From the NCBI GenBank assembly GCA_950097015.1, contig CATNEN010000041.1, forward strand, positions 3,646,386-3,710,385: a stretch of DNA of 64,000 bases, read 5' to 3'. Within the stretch, counting starts at the first letter, position 1; the number at the start of each line of letters is the position of its first letter. The stretch is from Macrostomum hystrix. Taxonomy: Eukaryota; Animalia; Platyhelminthes. Of the stretch, positions 50,401-61,179 are shown piece after piece. Position numbers and translations under genes: made by a program. The notes beneath the pieces were generated by a model. It searched no databases and was not told the DNA's origin. It was given only the letters and a program-made list of their open reading frames with translations.

Positions 50401-52716
50401 GCACACAGGGAACTTTCAGAAGAGGAATATCGTCAAATGAATTCTCTGTTGCTCACTGCAGAGCAAGACGTGGCCCACAGGGAAGAAAAAATGATTGAGG
50501 CTTGCAAGTAAGTATTAACAAATCTTTTTGAACTCTTAGCCTAGCTTTCATACCCGCTTTTATATTACCACCCGCTTATATTATTTTATTATTATCACCC
50601 TTTCAAAAGCAACAGAGCCAGAAACCCGTATTTTTATCACAAAATCTCTCATTCAGGAAAGTAAAAGAATGCCATGAAGAACTTCAATACAGAGTTGTTT
50701 AAAAAACTGATCTATGACATAGGGACATAACCGAAGAAACAAATGAGTAAATAAATGAACAAAATAATGAGCGAATGCAAGGATTAATGAGTAAACGAAA
50801 AATAAAATATTTTATTAGAGGCAGCTTTTCGAGCATTCCATATCTCACGATCGTGTACGCGGTTGACCGCTACATCTAACTGCCGGGCCGATTGAACAAA
50901 ATATTCTCGTCGCTCAAAAGCTTCAATAATCGGAGCTCTAACATTATCCACTAGGACCACTGTATGTCAGAATTTGCGACCCCCAGCTGCACCTTTCTGA
51001 GGATTTAATTTTTTGTTACTTAGGGTGCAGTTGCACATTTTTCGCAGGACGATTATTTTGTGAAAGCGCCCTCAGGTAACCAGACATAGTTACAGTGTTA
51101 GGGTTTAAAACCTGATTATTCAGCTAATGCAACTTAAAAAACTTTAATGCGCTAACAGGTCGCTGAATTTTAAGTTTATATTCTTAGATTCTATTAGTAC
51201 GCAAGTGCTCGTAGTTAGCAAGATTCGTCCTGTTGTGCTCTAACTGTCTTCTGTATATAACATAAAATGCATTAAACTTAATGGCCTGCTGAATTTTCAC
51301 AATTGGTTTTATTTGGTATTATCACTTTTTAGGGCCGTGGAACGTGACCTTGAAGCTCTAGGATTGACGGCTGTTGAGGATGAACTGCAGGCAGGTGTCT
51401 CCGAGACAATAACTGCGTTGCGTCATGCGGGCATTCAGGTTTGGGTTCTCACTGGAGACAAACGAGAGACAGCAGAGAATATTAGTTTGTCAGCAGGACA
51501 CTTTACTGTGTCTATGCAACGCATTAGAATCATTGATCAACAGTCCGCAGATGAATGCCGTAGGAGTTTACTGCAGGGCCTGGAGGAAATTGCGGCCGCT
51601 GGTTTCCCACTATCAGCTCAATACTGTGCAGTGGTCGACGGCCAGTCACTGCAGTTTCTGGTAGCCGATGAGCACACTGACTTAAAGGAATTGTTCCTTG
51701 ATCTTTGTCGCAAAACATCTGCCGTATTGTGCTGCCGGTGCACACCGCTTCAGAAAGCGAAAATTGTCGCAATGGTTAGGAAAGGAATTCAGCCAGAGCC
51801 CATAACCTGCGCTATCGGTGACGGCGCAAACGATGTATCTATGATTCGAGAGGCCCATGTTGGCCTTGGAATATTTGGTAAAGAGGGTCGTGCGGCCGCT
51901 CTAAATTCAGACTATTGCTTTGCAAAGTTTAGGTTTGCCCGTAATGCTCTTCTGTTCCATGGTCACTTGTACTATGTCCGCCTGGCAACTCTTGTTTTAT
52001 TTTTCTTTTACAAGAATGTAGCCTTCATAACTGCTGAGTTGTACTATGCATTCTTCTCGGCGTTCAGCGCACAGTCAGTGTATGACACAATTTTTCTAAC
52101 AATATACAACATGACAATGACAGCTCTGCCTGTGTTGATCTACGGTTTATTTGAGCAGCATCTGCCACGAAAACGGCTGGAGAATGAACCAAATCTGTAT
52201 AAAGACATTGCACAGAACAGAATGCTCTGGTGGAGAGAACTAATTAAATGGTGCTCCATAGGATTGTGGCATTCAATCTGCTGCTTCTTTGGTGTTTTTG
52301 CCGTATTCTCAGTCAATGATTGGGTTGGAACAAATGGCTTCGTCTTTGATGTTTATGCCTTCGGCACCGTAGTCATTTATTGCGTGCTTGCGTGCGTCAC
52401 AGCACGTATTCTGATAGTTACGTTTAGTTTCCACGTGCCTGTCCTAGTTGGCTTTCTGGTTACTACCTTAGGTTTTGTTATCATCATGTGTATTAACAGT
52501 GTTTCGACGGCGACTTTGTTATCCAACCATCTGACTTTTTTGTGGGCCTATTTCGACATTAGCCTGCAACCAGTATCTTGGCTTCTACTGCTATCTATCA
52601 CAGTGCTGGCTATGACGCCAGACTTTATTGTGCGCTGCGTGCAGGACATTCGTACTGACAGGCTAACTAAAAGGCGAATGACTTCCGAGCTACCGGTGAG
52701 AGTTATAAAGCATTAA
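47453..52716 (+). CDS. ATP11: P4-type ATPase phospholipid flippase (ATP11-like), about 1116 aa, 3 exons
   Basis: Exons 47453-47966, 49055-50507, 51333-52716 with GT-AG and matching phases; motifs LDGETNLK, PISLYVTIE, SDKTGTLT, YQASSPDE, IGDGANDVSMI, C-terminal TM helices. Subfamily assignment by motif memory only. Confidence 0.92.
48598..48798. mobile_element. Solo LTR in flippase intron 1
   Basis: TGTAAG...CTACA, 201 bp, flanked by a perfect 4-bp TSD TAGT (48594-48597 and 48799-48802); shares GGGGTGGGCGTA with the Gypsy 1 LTR. Confidence 0.8.
51057..51112 (+). repeat. 56-bp dispersed repeat, copy 2 (flippase intron 2)
   Basis: Identical to 47241-47296. Confidence 0.9.
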
Positions 52717-54375
52717 TTATTTATGTTTACTTCATTTCATTTTTTTGGACAAGAAGCGCTTTGTCTGTTTGCATGCTTGGCTGTTGGCTGTTATAAGTAG
52801 CAAGACGAGACTAACTAGGAACTCGCAACAGCATACAATACGCTCGTAAATTCTTAGTTGTTAAAACTATCTTTAATTGTCTAAGTGAGGGTGTTAACTT
52901 GAGTTAACTAAGTTAAACGTGTTTCACCATTGCACATTTCCCCGAGTTTAATTTAGGACACTATTTTAACTAGAAATTGTATTATTTAGCACCTGCACTT
53001 TAAAAACTTGCAACGCCGCAGGATACCGAACACCAACCGGCTGCCTCTGAATTTCATTATTCATCTAATGATCAGAATGGAGCCTTCGTTAATTGTAGAT
53101 TCGTAAGTTGTGTCTGGTATAGTTCATTTCTATTTTTTACTCCATTTAAATTTCTATCTATACTATCATTACTTTACTTTCTTGAAAATCTTCTCTGCCA
53201 CTATACCAATATTATGCAGCCAAATGCAGATTTCTTCGTGTTTTCATGGCCATTGCACAGAGCACAGGCCGAGCCCAACTGAATGAGGATTCGGAGGTGC
53301 AGTACTCCAGCCAGAGCTCAGGCCATTGCCAAAGGAAAGACTGTTCTGGGGTACAGCACTCGTGCCAGGACGTTGGCTTAGCTAACAATGCTTTCTTTCA
53401 AGATCGAGTCTGATTTTTGTACAAGTGTGCATTGGTTTCAGGGACTAGAGAACCAGCTTTCAGAAAAGAAATTTATTTTTGCATTGTTTTTTATATTTTA
53501 ACGTCCTTTTTGCTACCATTTATATAATAACGTTCGATTAGTTCTGTAGCGATGAATCTCTACTCTAATTTATTGCTGGTCTCAGCTAAGCTCGAGGCAT
53601 TCGGCGTGTTGACAGAACCTCTGCACTGGTGGGATATGAAGCTCTACCTATAGTTTTGTAATGCTCTTTAATTATGTTTTGTTTACTCGCAGTTTTTGCG
53701 TTTCTCTGTTTACGTTGCTTAGTAAATTAGTTGCTCTTTAAAGTCACCTTTAAAAAAGGCAAGGTGCAAATTCGAATGGTGATTATATCAAATGGGAACA
53801 ATAGCTCTGTTTTGCGCATTTTTTGTCGCTGTGAAAATAAAGATATGAAGTTCCTAGATAACTTTATGAGCACCTTATGTTGAGTCCGAGTTTCTGTATA
53901 AATCATAATTGTTTGTTGTTTACCTTCTGATTTCTGAAGTTGTTTATCAGATCAGTACGTATGCTCCTCAATAAAGATAGCCAAATATAGGCTTTTTGCT
54001 TTTGGCACTGTACGCGCCTGTAGCACGTAAAGAAAAAACTAAAGAAAAAATATTCTAATATTATTTTTATGCATAAAATAATAATTATGCATAAATATGC
54101 AAATGGTATGCTAATAAGCATACGTATTATAATTTAATTTTTACATTACTCGTCAATCATGTGACATGGTATGCTGTGAAAATTAACAAAATGCTTGCAC
54201 AAGACTGTGATTTTACCTCTACGTTGCACATTACGTTTAGCATAGCAGCAGACTTTTCTTAACAATTCTATGTATTTTTTACTTTCACTGTACGAGCTAC
54301 TTATCAAAGGAATGAGCTAGAAATACTTTGTGTCGGGATTGGTTTAATTAGCAGTATAAATTACAAATTAGAGTT

Positions 54376-54592
54376 ATTTAAACGGCTGAGCTGGTTGGAA
54401 ATAACGAGGCTGGACAAAAAGGCAACTGGCACAAACACAAAAATTAGCAAACGGTTACCCAGCCACGGGGGCTGAGCACAAGGCTAAATAACCAGGCCGA
54501 CACAGCCACACCACACACGCCAACCCCCAAGTACGCGCGCCCCAAACGGACAGACGGGCGAATTCAGACGCAGCACACCCAGCCGTTTAAAT
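54376..54592. mobile_element. MITE-like element with 13-bp terminal inverted repeats
   Basis: ATTTAAACGGCTG (54376-54388) and CAGCCGTTTAAAT (54580-54592) bound a GC-richer 217-bp island in AT-rich DNA. Confidence 0.5.
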
Positions 54593-55540
54593 CATTTTAC
54601 CGACTGTACGTGCGGCGGTGGCAAGTTGCGCATATCCGTGCCTATGTAGAATCACCTATATTTTGCGAATCAGATTAAACGTCCGCCCTCGTGATTTATT
54701 AAAATACCTCCCTCAAAATGCGTGTGTACTCTCATGGATCATATACGCTCGTGTGAAGCTTAGGAATTTTTTGTCTATTGTCACAACCAACAAAGGAATA
54801 GAAAATGGAGTATAGCTCAATAAAAAAACTTGATTATTGTCTCATAAAAAATCTTGCAATCACAAAGTTTAATCCTGGAGGGCAAAACATATATGGTTTA
54901 TAAATATTTTTCTGGATCCAATTTTTTGCTACAACAATTCCGTCACCTTACTTCTGTGCTTCACTGCTTTATTGCCTAAAGTTGCTCTATCTTCAAGTAA
55001 ATTAAAATGAATCAAAATCTATAAAACGTCTTTTATTTTACTTAACAATACTTTGTCTTTACACGTTTCTCGCTATTTAATCCATGATATGGTAATGCTT
55101 CTTTTTTTAGTCGCAGATTTTTATTCCTAAATAAAATCTCAAACTGAACTCTTAAGCTTAAGCTGAGACTTGCTTTTCTCAATCTGTTTTTTTTTCTTAT
55201 TATGAAGCAAACCTTTTGTAGGTGGCATAGAGCTGCACTGTACCCCCGAGGAGTTGTATTAAAAATTACACAACCCCAATTTTAAATGGCGAAATACATT
55301 AGAAGTACCGTATAGGAAAATGGGTTAGGAGTTAGGAACAGATCCGGTCTGCCGACTCCTTGCTAGATGACAAATGACGGAGGCTAAGAGGACAAAAGTA
55401 AATTTAGGTAGCTTTATGTAACTTTAGGTAGGGTTAGGGTTAGGACTTAGGAGGATTCCGAGGCCGGCAGGCAATCGACAGACGAGAATTAGTAATTTAA
55501 TTTAGTAAGCAAGACGGGGAACAATATAATTAGGGTAAAT

Positions 55541-55555
55541 GCTCGACGCGTTTCG
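55541..55555 (-). ncRNA. Half hammerhead (CGAAACGCGTCGAGC) truncated by telomeric repeats
   Basis: Plus strand GCTCGACGCGTTTCG is followed directly by AGGTTAGGGTTAGGGTTAGG; the CUGANGA half is missing. Confidence 0.75.
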
Positions 55556-55657
55556 AGGTTAGGGTTAGGGTTAGGAGTTAGGAACCGATCCGGTTCCGGT
55601 CGACTGCTTAATAAAAAAAGTCTAAGAGGAGACAGGCGGAATTTTTGGTTTTAAAAT

Positions 55658-55695
55658 GCTCGACGCGTTTCGGCGGGTTTGCCTTTATCAAGAGC
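55658..55695 (-). ncRNA. Hammerhead ribozyme motif with mutated core
   Basis: Minus: GCTC-TTGATAA-a-GGC(aaaccc)GCC-GAAA-CGCGT-C-GAGC; two core changes versus CUGANGA. Confidence 0.75.
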
Positions 55696-55982
55696 TAGTT
55701 AAGTGAAGAGTCTAAGGTGTGGCGGGTATATTTGTATATATAATAATAAATTTATATTAAAAAGATGGGCGCGAGGGTCGAGAGCGAATAAAAAGAGGGT
55801 TGGGGTTACAATTAACAAATGGGAGTTGAGCAGGGGTAAAAAATAAACAAATGGGAGAAAAAATGAGGGTCTGCATAGGGTCTGGGTGGGGTCTGAGTGA
55901 AAAAAGGTTAGGGTTAGGAGTTAGGAACAGATCCGATCTGACGAAAAGGAGTCAAGCTAAAGAGGATTCTAGGATTTAAGTT

Positions 55983-56020
55983 GCTCGAGCGCTTTCGGCG
56001 GGATTGCCTTCTTCAGGAGC
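55983..56020 (-). ncRNA. Intact minimal type I hammerhead ribozyme
   Basis: Minus: GCTC-CTGAAGA-a-GGC(aatccc)GCC-GAAA-GCGCT-C-GAGC; palindromic stem III AGCGCT. Confidence 0.88.
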
Positions 56021-56428
56021 TTAGATTGAGTGAAGAGTGGATAGTGGACAGTATATTTGTATATATAATAATAAATTAACATTAAAAAGATGGGCGCAAG
56101 GGTCGGGAGCGAATGAAAAGAGGGTAGGGGTTACAATTAACAAATGGGAGTTGAGCATGGGTAAAAAAATGTCAAATGGGAGAAAAATTGAGGGTCCGCA
56201 TAGGGTTTGAGTAAAAGATTAGGACAAATGGGAGAAAAAGTGAGGGTCTGGGTGGGGTCTAAGTGGAAAAAGGAAGGGTCGGTATTGGATTGGGCAAGGG
56301 TGGGCCGGGAGGTTAGGACTTAGGAGAATTCCGAGGCCGGCAGGCAATCAGCAGACGAGAATTAAGTGTAAATAATTTAATTTAAATCGATAAAGTAAGC
56401 AAGACGGGGAACAAAATAAATAGGGTAT

Positions 56429-56466
56429 GCTCGACGCGTTTCGATCGTCTGATCTTCTTCAGGAGC
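56429..56466 (-). ncRNA. Intact minimal type I hammerhead ribozyme
   Basis: Minus: GCTC-CTGAAGA-a-GATC(agac)GATC-GAAA-CGCGT-C-GAGC; GUC cleavage triplet. Confidence 0.9.
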
Positions 56467-56948
56467 GAGTGTATTATAAAACGATGTAAATATTGTAAAT
56501 ATTGTAGATAATGTAAATATTGGCAGTGGAAAGTGAGTTAAAAATCAATTGCATTGGGTTACATAAGAAAAAAATGGGCTTACTCGGGTGCAATAATAAC
56601 GTCCTAAAAATTAAGTGTTGTCTAAATTTTAAAAGTATGAAATATCATTTAACGCTAATTTTACTACTAATGAAATAAAGGTAATAAATTGTGGGTAGAA
56701 AGTAAAAATTAAAAATTAGGAAAGACATTTTTCAATACATATCGGGGAGTAGAAAAATAGGTAAAGAGTAAAACAATGAAGCAGATTGAAGATAGGAGGG
56801 GAAGAGAAAAATTAGAGGATAAAAATGCAGAAGGCTAGGGTTAGGACGTAGGAGAATTCCGAGGCCGGCAGGCAAGAATTTAATGTAAATAATATAACTT
56901 AAATCAATAAAGAAAGCAAGACGGGGAACAAAAAATATAAATATGGTG

Positions 56949-56988
56949 GCTCGACGCGTTTCGGGAATATTTTCCCTTCTTCAGGAGC
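56949..56988 (-). ncRNA. Intact minimal type I hammerhead ribozyme
   Basis: Minus: GCTC-CTGAAGA-a-GGGAA(aata)TTCCC-GAAA-CGCGT-C-GAGC. Confidence 0.9.
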
Positions 56989-57648
56989 GATGTAAAACGA
57001 TGTTTATTGTAAATATTGTAAATATTGTATATAAGTAGTATAAAAAAATATGAAACAAACGCGTTTTCCTTATGGAGAAATACATAGGTAGTACCGCATA
57101 GGAAATGCCTATACATTTAACTCAAAACGCACCAAAAATTTTCTAAGTCCTAACTCGCACGAGGAATTTTTCTAAGTCAAAGTCTATCTCTCTCTCTTCT
57201 CTCTCTCTCTATCTCTGTCCTTAGCATGTTGTTAAAAAAATTCCAAGTCCAAACTAACTGCTCATTTAGTGTGCAGATAAGAATTCAGAGACACGCTAAC
57301 AATCTGAAATGTTGATATGTTGAATCTGATATGTTGAATCAGTTTTATTTAAAGCTACCACTAGCGAGAGTTGCTGCACACAGACTTAATGACATTGTCA
57401 CACTAACTTGAAAAAATATTCTACCACAAATTAATGTTTCTGTCTTATTCATCAGATTCGGTACGAAGCTTTTTGTTGAAACAGAAATTTTTATTTAATT
57501 CCACACGCGGTAACATATGACACATGCTAAAATATTGTCGAAACAACTAGCCATAAAATAATTCAAGACTTGCTTTTGAAGCATCGCACCATTTTATGCA
57601 TCTCTTAATGCACTTACAGTATACTTAAACCGTTAACATGACCAACAG

Positions 57649-58218
57649 TCATAGATAATGAATTAAAATTCGTAAAACAAAAGATCGCAGTTTAACATAG
57701 GCTTTTCGGAAAGAATCACTTCGCGAGACATTGCGCTTAGAAATACTCTTTAGAAAGACGTGCAGAGTTTTTCGAATAGTCAATTTATAAAAGACATAAA
57801 ATACAGCCCAAAAGCCACAGCTACCGCTTCGAGGGTCTTGGACAGCAAAGCGAGTATAACTCCAATTTCTTGCCCCACCACATTGTATTCCTAACCAACG
57901 TGCCACAGATGCAATCGGATGGAGTCCAAGTGAATCGAAATATTCTCCATATCTTTTACCCTGTCGACCTGCATAGGACGTATTTCCATGCACCCAAACA
58001 CAAACCCAATGTTTTCCAGGTAGATTAGAAGTGTCTGTGTTTACAATAAAAAAATAATCCTTTTCATTAAGTGGAAGATGCTTAATACTTAATACAAAAT
58101 CTTGGGGGAATACTCCTAAGAAGACAGCATGCGAAAAATAAGCGCACAGTTTTGTAGCAATAGACCGAAGAAATCGATCTGTAACACCGTTTTGTAGAAT
58201 AGAATCAATTACTTCCAT
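57649..58218 (-). CDS. Polinton/Maverick adenain-like cysteine protease (189 aa)
   Basis: VNTD...GKHW, EYFDSLG, VQDPRSGSCG: His/Asp/Gln/Cys motifs present. Confidence 0.88.
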   Translation of the reverse strand: MEVIDSILQNGVTDRFLRSIATKLCAYFSHAVFLGVFPQDFVLSIKHLPLNEKDYFFIVNTDTSNLPGKHWVCVWVHGNTSYAGRQGKRYGEYFDSLGLHPIASVARWLGIQCGGARNWSYTRFAVQDPRSGSCGFWAVFYVFYKLTIRKTLHVFLKSISKRNVSRSDSFRKAYVKLRSFVLRILIHYL

Positions 58219-59532
58219 GCAGTTCCAGGAACAACGTCACGAAGCTCAGTTAGTTGCAATTGCTTGTCAAAAATTCCTCCAAATATGACGTTGTACACAG
58301 TGCTAGTTGCAGAACTGAATCGCAGCTCAATTTTCACGTTTCCTTCCTTATACAGTTGAACACCATGACCGATACCTGGTTCACTACCGAGACTAAAGGC
58401 AAAAATAGAGTATCCATTCGCATATTCACCCATAGTGAAACCAATGTCACGTCCTTGCAGATAAAGACCCAGTTGCTGTAGAAGAAAAGTATACTCTGTC
58501 ACACAATCACCTTCAAAGTTGGTTTGCAGCGGCCGGCATGGCATTGACTCTCCATTTACAAACACACCGATGCTGTTAACGTTAGCATGCTCAAAGTTGA
58601 ATGGATTCGTGTCCATGCTTCCATTGAATGCTCGGTTATTTACAAAAGCTAATAATAAAAGCCGTGGAACTCCACTTGGGAATAAATTCTCGTGCGTGTG
58701 GCTGGATGATCCGCGAGGAATAGTAAATGTTCCCATGCTTAGACTCCGGTGGGGATATAGAGCATTGTGGCTTTTCAGACCATGTGCATGAGCACTAGTA
58801 ACGCTAGGTGATGGTTGGACAAGTCGCAGTCGTAATTCTGCTCGCAAGAACCTAATTTCATAATCTTTAAGTTGCACATCGCTTCCTATTGATGCACCAC
58901 TCAAAACAAATTTGCTTTTTGCTGGTGTTAATTTGATACGCATTGGTGTCTTTGAAAGTAGATATCGCGGTTGACGAAAAAGATCTAAAAATAGAGGACC
59001 AGACACTGTACAATGACGATTTTCAGCAATCAACGATCGCCTCTTCGTTCGTCCTTCGTTATCGTTTGTTGAATTCATTTTACCAGCAGTATCTTTGTAG
59101 AAACCCCAAGGTACCAGACCTGACTTCTGTGCTGTGTGTCCATACTCAAGAAGTGTTAGAAGCATTGCCTTGTAGGGATACATGAAGCTTCCACCTTCAA
59201 CAACAGTGTCTCCAATAGTAAATTGCACATCTTCAAACAATGTTGCGATTGCTAAGTTGTTTACACACACATAGTTTTTTTGCAGCATCAATTGCGTTAC
59301 CTTCTCCGTCGCTGACGCGGAAGCTAACTGTTAGCACAGTATCATGCAGATCTAAATACAGATCTCCAGGCGGTACAATCTCAAACTCGATTGGAGAACC
59401 TTTTGTTATCCCATGTTGTGGTTGAATGTCTGTGTAGCGACTTTCTAAAACACTGAATTGAACAGGTGTCTGGTCAAAGAGAGAGAGTTCGCTTTTCAAT
59501 GCAGCAATGTCGGGACCGAGAAGTTGATTCAT
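58209..59532 (-). CDS. Polinton/Maverick major capsid protein, split by one frameshift near 59260-59281
   Basis: N-part MNQLL...ELSLF...PIEFEI...YLDLHDT joins C-part VNN...LF...YPYKAMLLTLL...GPL..DLF.Q..YL...NPFNF. The break lies at an A7 / TG-repeat tract. Confidence 0.8.
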
Positions 59533-59533
59533 G

Positions 59534-59968
59534 TTATTTTCCGAATAAACTAAAAAGCTTCTTGCTTGCAGCGGAGTTTTGCTTTCCTCTTCGTTTCTTG
59601 ACTCTGTAGGCACTTCGTCCTCCTCGTCGTCTTGTTACACCTCGTTTTTTTCCTTTACGTCTTAAGCTTATAGGTCTAGCTGCTCTCTTTCGTCGCTTGT
59701 TGGTTAAGGTAGGCGTGTCAAACATGTCTTCTTCAGAAGTTGAGTTCGCGTGCCGCTTGCGCCCCATACCGATTTTGCTGGCAGCGCTTTTAAAATAATC
59801 TAGGCTGCGATCCAGAAGATCCTTTTTAGCATTACGTATTACAGGAAATAGCAGTCTTTCAGCCAAGTTTGATAGGAATCCGTATCCTTCGTAGACGGGG
59901 ATTGCAGATGCTCCTCGTCCACCGATTGAATTATTTGGACCGGAATAGAAGGCGAATATCGGATCCAT
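59534..59968 (-). CDS. Polinton pVII-like basic core protein (144 aa)
   Basis: GG.G...YEGYGFLSNLAERLLFPV N-terminal motif and Arg/Lys-rich C-terminus; lies between integrase and capsid. Confidence 0.65.
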   Translation of the reverse strand: MDPIFAFYSGPNNSIGGRGASAIPVYEGYGFLSNLAERLLFPVIRNAKKDLLDRSLDYFKSAASKIGMGRKRHANSTSEEDMFDTPTLTNKRRKRAARPISLRRKGKKRGVTRRRGGRSAYRVKKRRGKQNSAASKKLFSLFGK

Positions 59969-60001
59969 GACTTATTATTAAGCGATATCAGTTTTTCAGC
60001 T

Positions 60002-61153
60002 TTACTTATACACACGAGCAAACAGTCTAGCAGTCTTTGCATCGAGATCTTTTTCACTCAGCCACTGACTCCGTGAAATTGGCATGTCTTTCCACTTTAC
60101 TAAATACAAACGATTACCCTTCTGCGATCGATCTGTTTCGAGAACCTTTTCTATATCGACAGGTTCCTCATCCACTTCATTCACGAGTAGAAGTTCATCC
60201 TCGTTGAATCTTCCTTCTAGCAAATCGAAATTATCTTCTGAATCAGCTAATTCATACATTGGCGGGTCAGACAGGTGAACATGATGAACACGAAACTTTG
60301 AATTGCTCCAAATTGTTGTGTAACCCTTTTCAAAAATTCCTCGTCGTCGGAGAATTCGCACCCAATCACCAACTTTGAATTTTGGTTTTGAAGTGCGCAC
60401 TTGTGTAAACATTTTGTCCCATAGAATTCCTTGAAGATGTTCATCATTCTCTACTCGTTTCGGTGTTTCTCCACTTAAAGCTCGATGTGGACTTGCGTTG
60501 AAATTTTTCTCTAACTGTGGCAATATGTCAAACCAACGTGCTAGATTCTTAGCTCGAAAGTATCGTTGCAGGCGTTCTTTTAGAGATCGAATAAATCTTT
60601 CTGCCAGGCTAGCCTTGTAGGAACTTTGAGAAACGAAAAACCTCACTCCCTCCTGTTTTAGCATTTGTCGCGTTGATTTTCCAAGAAACTCCATGCCTGC
60701 GTCGCCTTGTAAATAAACTGGTTTGAAGCCACTTCGAAAAATATCTTGCAGCACTTGCAGCACTTCGCTAGGTTTCTTTGTCTTTAATGGTCTAAGTCGA
60801 ATGCTTCGCGTGAAGCAGTCAATTAGAACTAGTATGAAACGATAACCTCGATTTTCAGTTTTATACTGCGGCAGGTCGGCTAAATCGATTTGAAACTGGA
60901 ATCGTGCCACGGGTGGTACACTAATTTTTGGTGTCAGAAATTTTTTAGACAACTTTTGAAATAAATGGTGCTCTTTTGTTGATCGTACCCAACTTTGTAC
61001 TTCCTTTCGTGCGTCTTCATATTTTATCTGTGGAAATTCTTTGCGCACAGCACGAACAAGTTCAGATCTATTACCTGAGAACGAAGTTGGATTTTCCAAG
61101 TTGAAGAAAGAATCAGATAGAAACTGAGCAATACTTTTACGTATTCCTTGCAT
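60002..61153 (-). CDS. Polinton/Maverick retroviral-like integrase with C-terminal chromodomain (383 aa)
   Basis: FFNLENPTSFSG, QIDLADL, YRFILVLIDCFTR, LQGDAGMEF, KASLAERFIRSLKE (33 residues between second D and E); chromodomain IEKVL...YLVKWKD...SQW. Confidence 0.9.
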   Translation of the reverse strand: MQGIRKSIAQFLSDSFFNLENPTSFSGNRSELVRAVRKEFPQIKYEDARKEVQSWVRSTKEHHLFQKLSKKFLTPKISVPPVARFQFQIDLADLPQYKTENRGYRFILVLIDCFTRSIRLRPLKTKKPSEVLQVLQDIFRSGFKPVYLQGDAGMEFLGKSTRQMLKQEGVRFFVSQSSYKASLAERFIRSLKERLQRYFRAKNLARWFDILPQLEKNFNASPHRALSGETPKRVENDEHLQGILWDKMFTQVRTSKPKFKVGDWVRILRRRGIFEKGYTTIWSNSKFRVHHVHLSDPPMYELADSEDNFDLLEGRFNEDELLLVNEVDEEPVDIEKVLETDRSQKGNRLYLVKWKDMPISRSQWLSEKDLDAKTARLFARVYK

Positions 61154-61179
61154 TGATTGTATTGCAGCAAATGAAGCTT

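Larger units (their letters stand above)
55322..57010 (-). repeat. Subtelomeric array of six PLE-type units with telomere-like seeds and hammerheads
   Basis: Units start on + at about 55322, 55431, 55557, 55906, 56311, 56837 with GGTTAGG(GTTAGG)-AGTTAGGAAC or -AC(T/G)TAGGAG; five contain minus-strand hammerhead sequence. Confidence 0.85.

Noticed and set aside
57181-57220. (CT)n tract as a Polinton terminus
   Set aside because: A left Polinton end should read AG-rich on the + strand; this reads CT-rich, and no partner TIR or TSD is visible.
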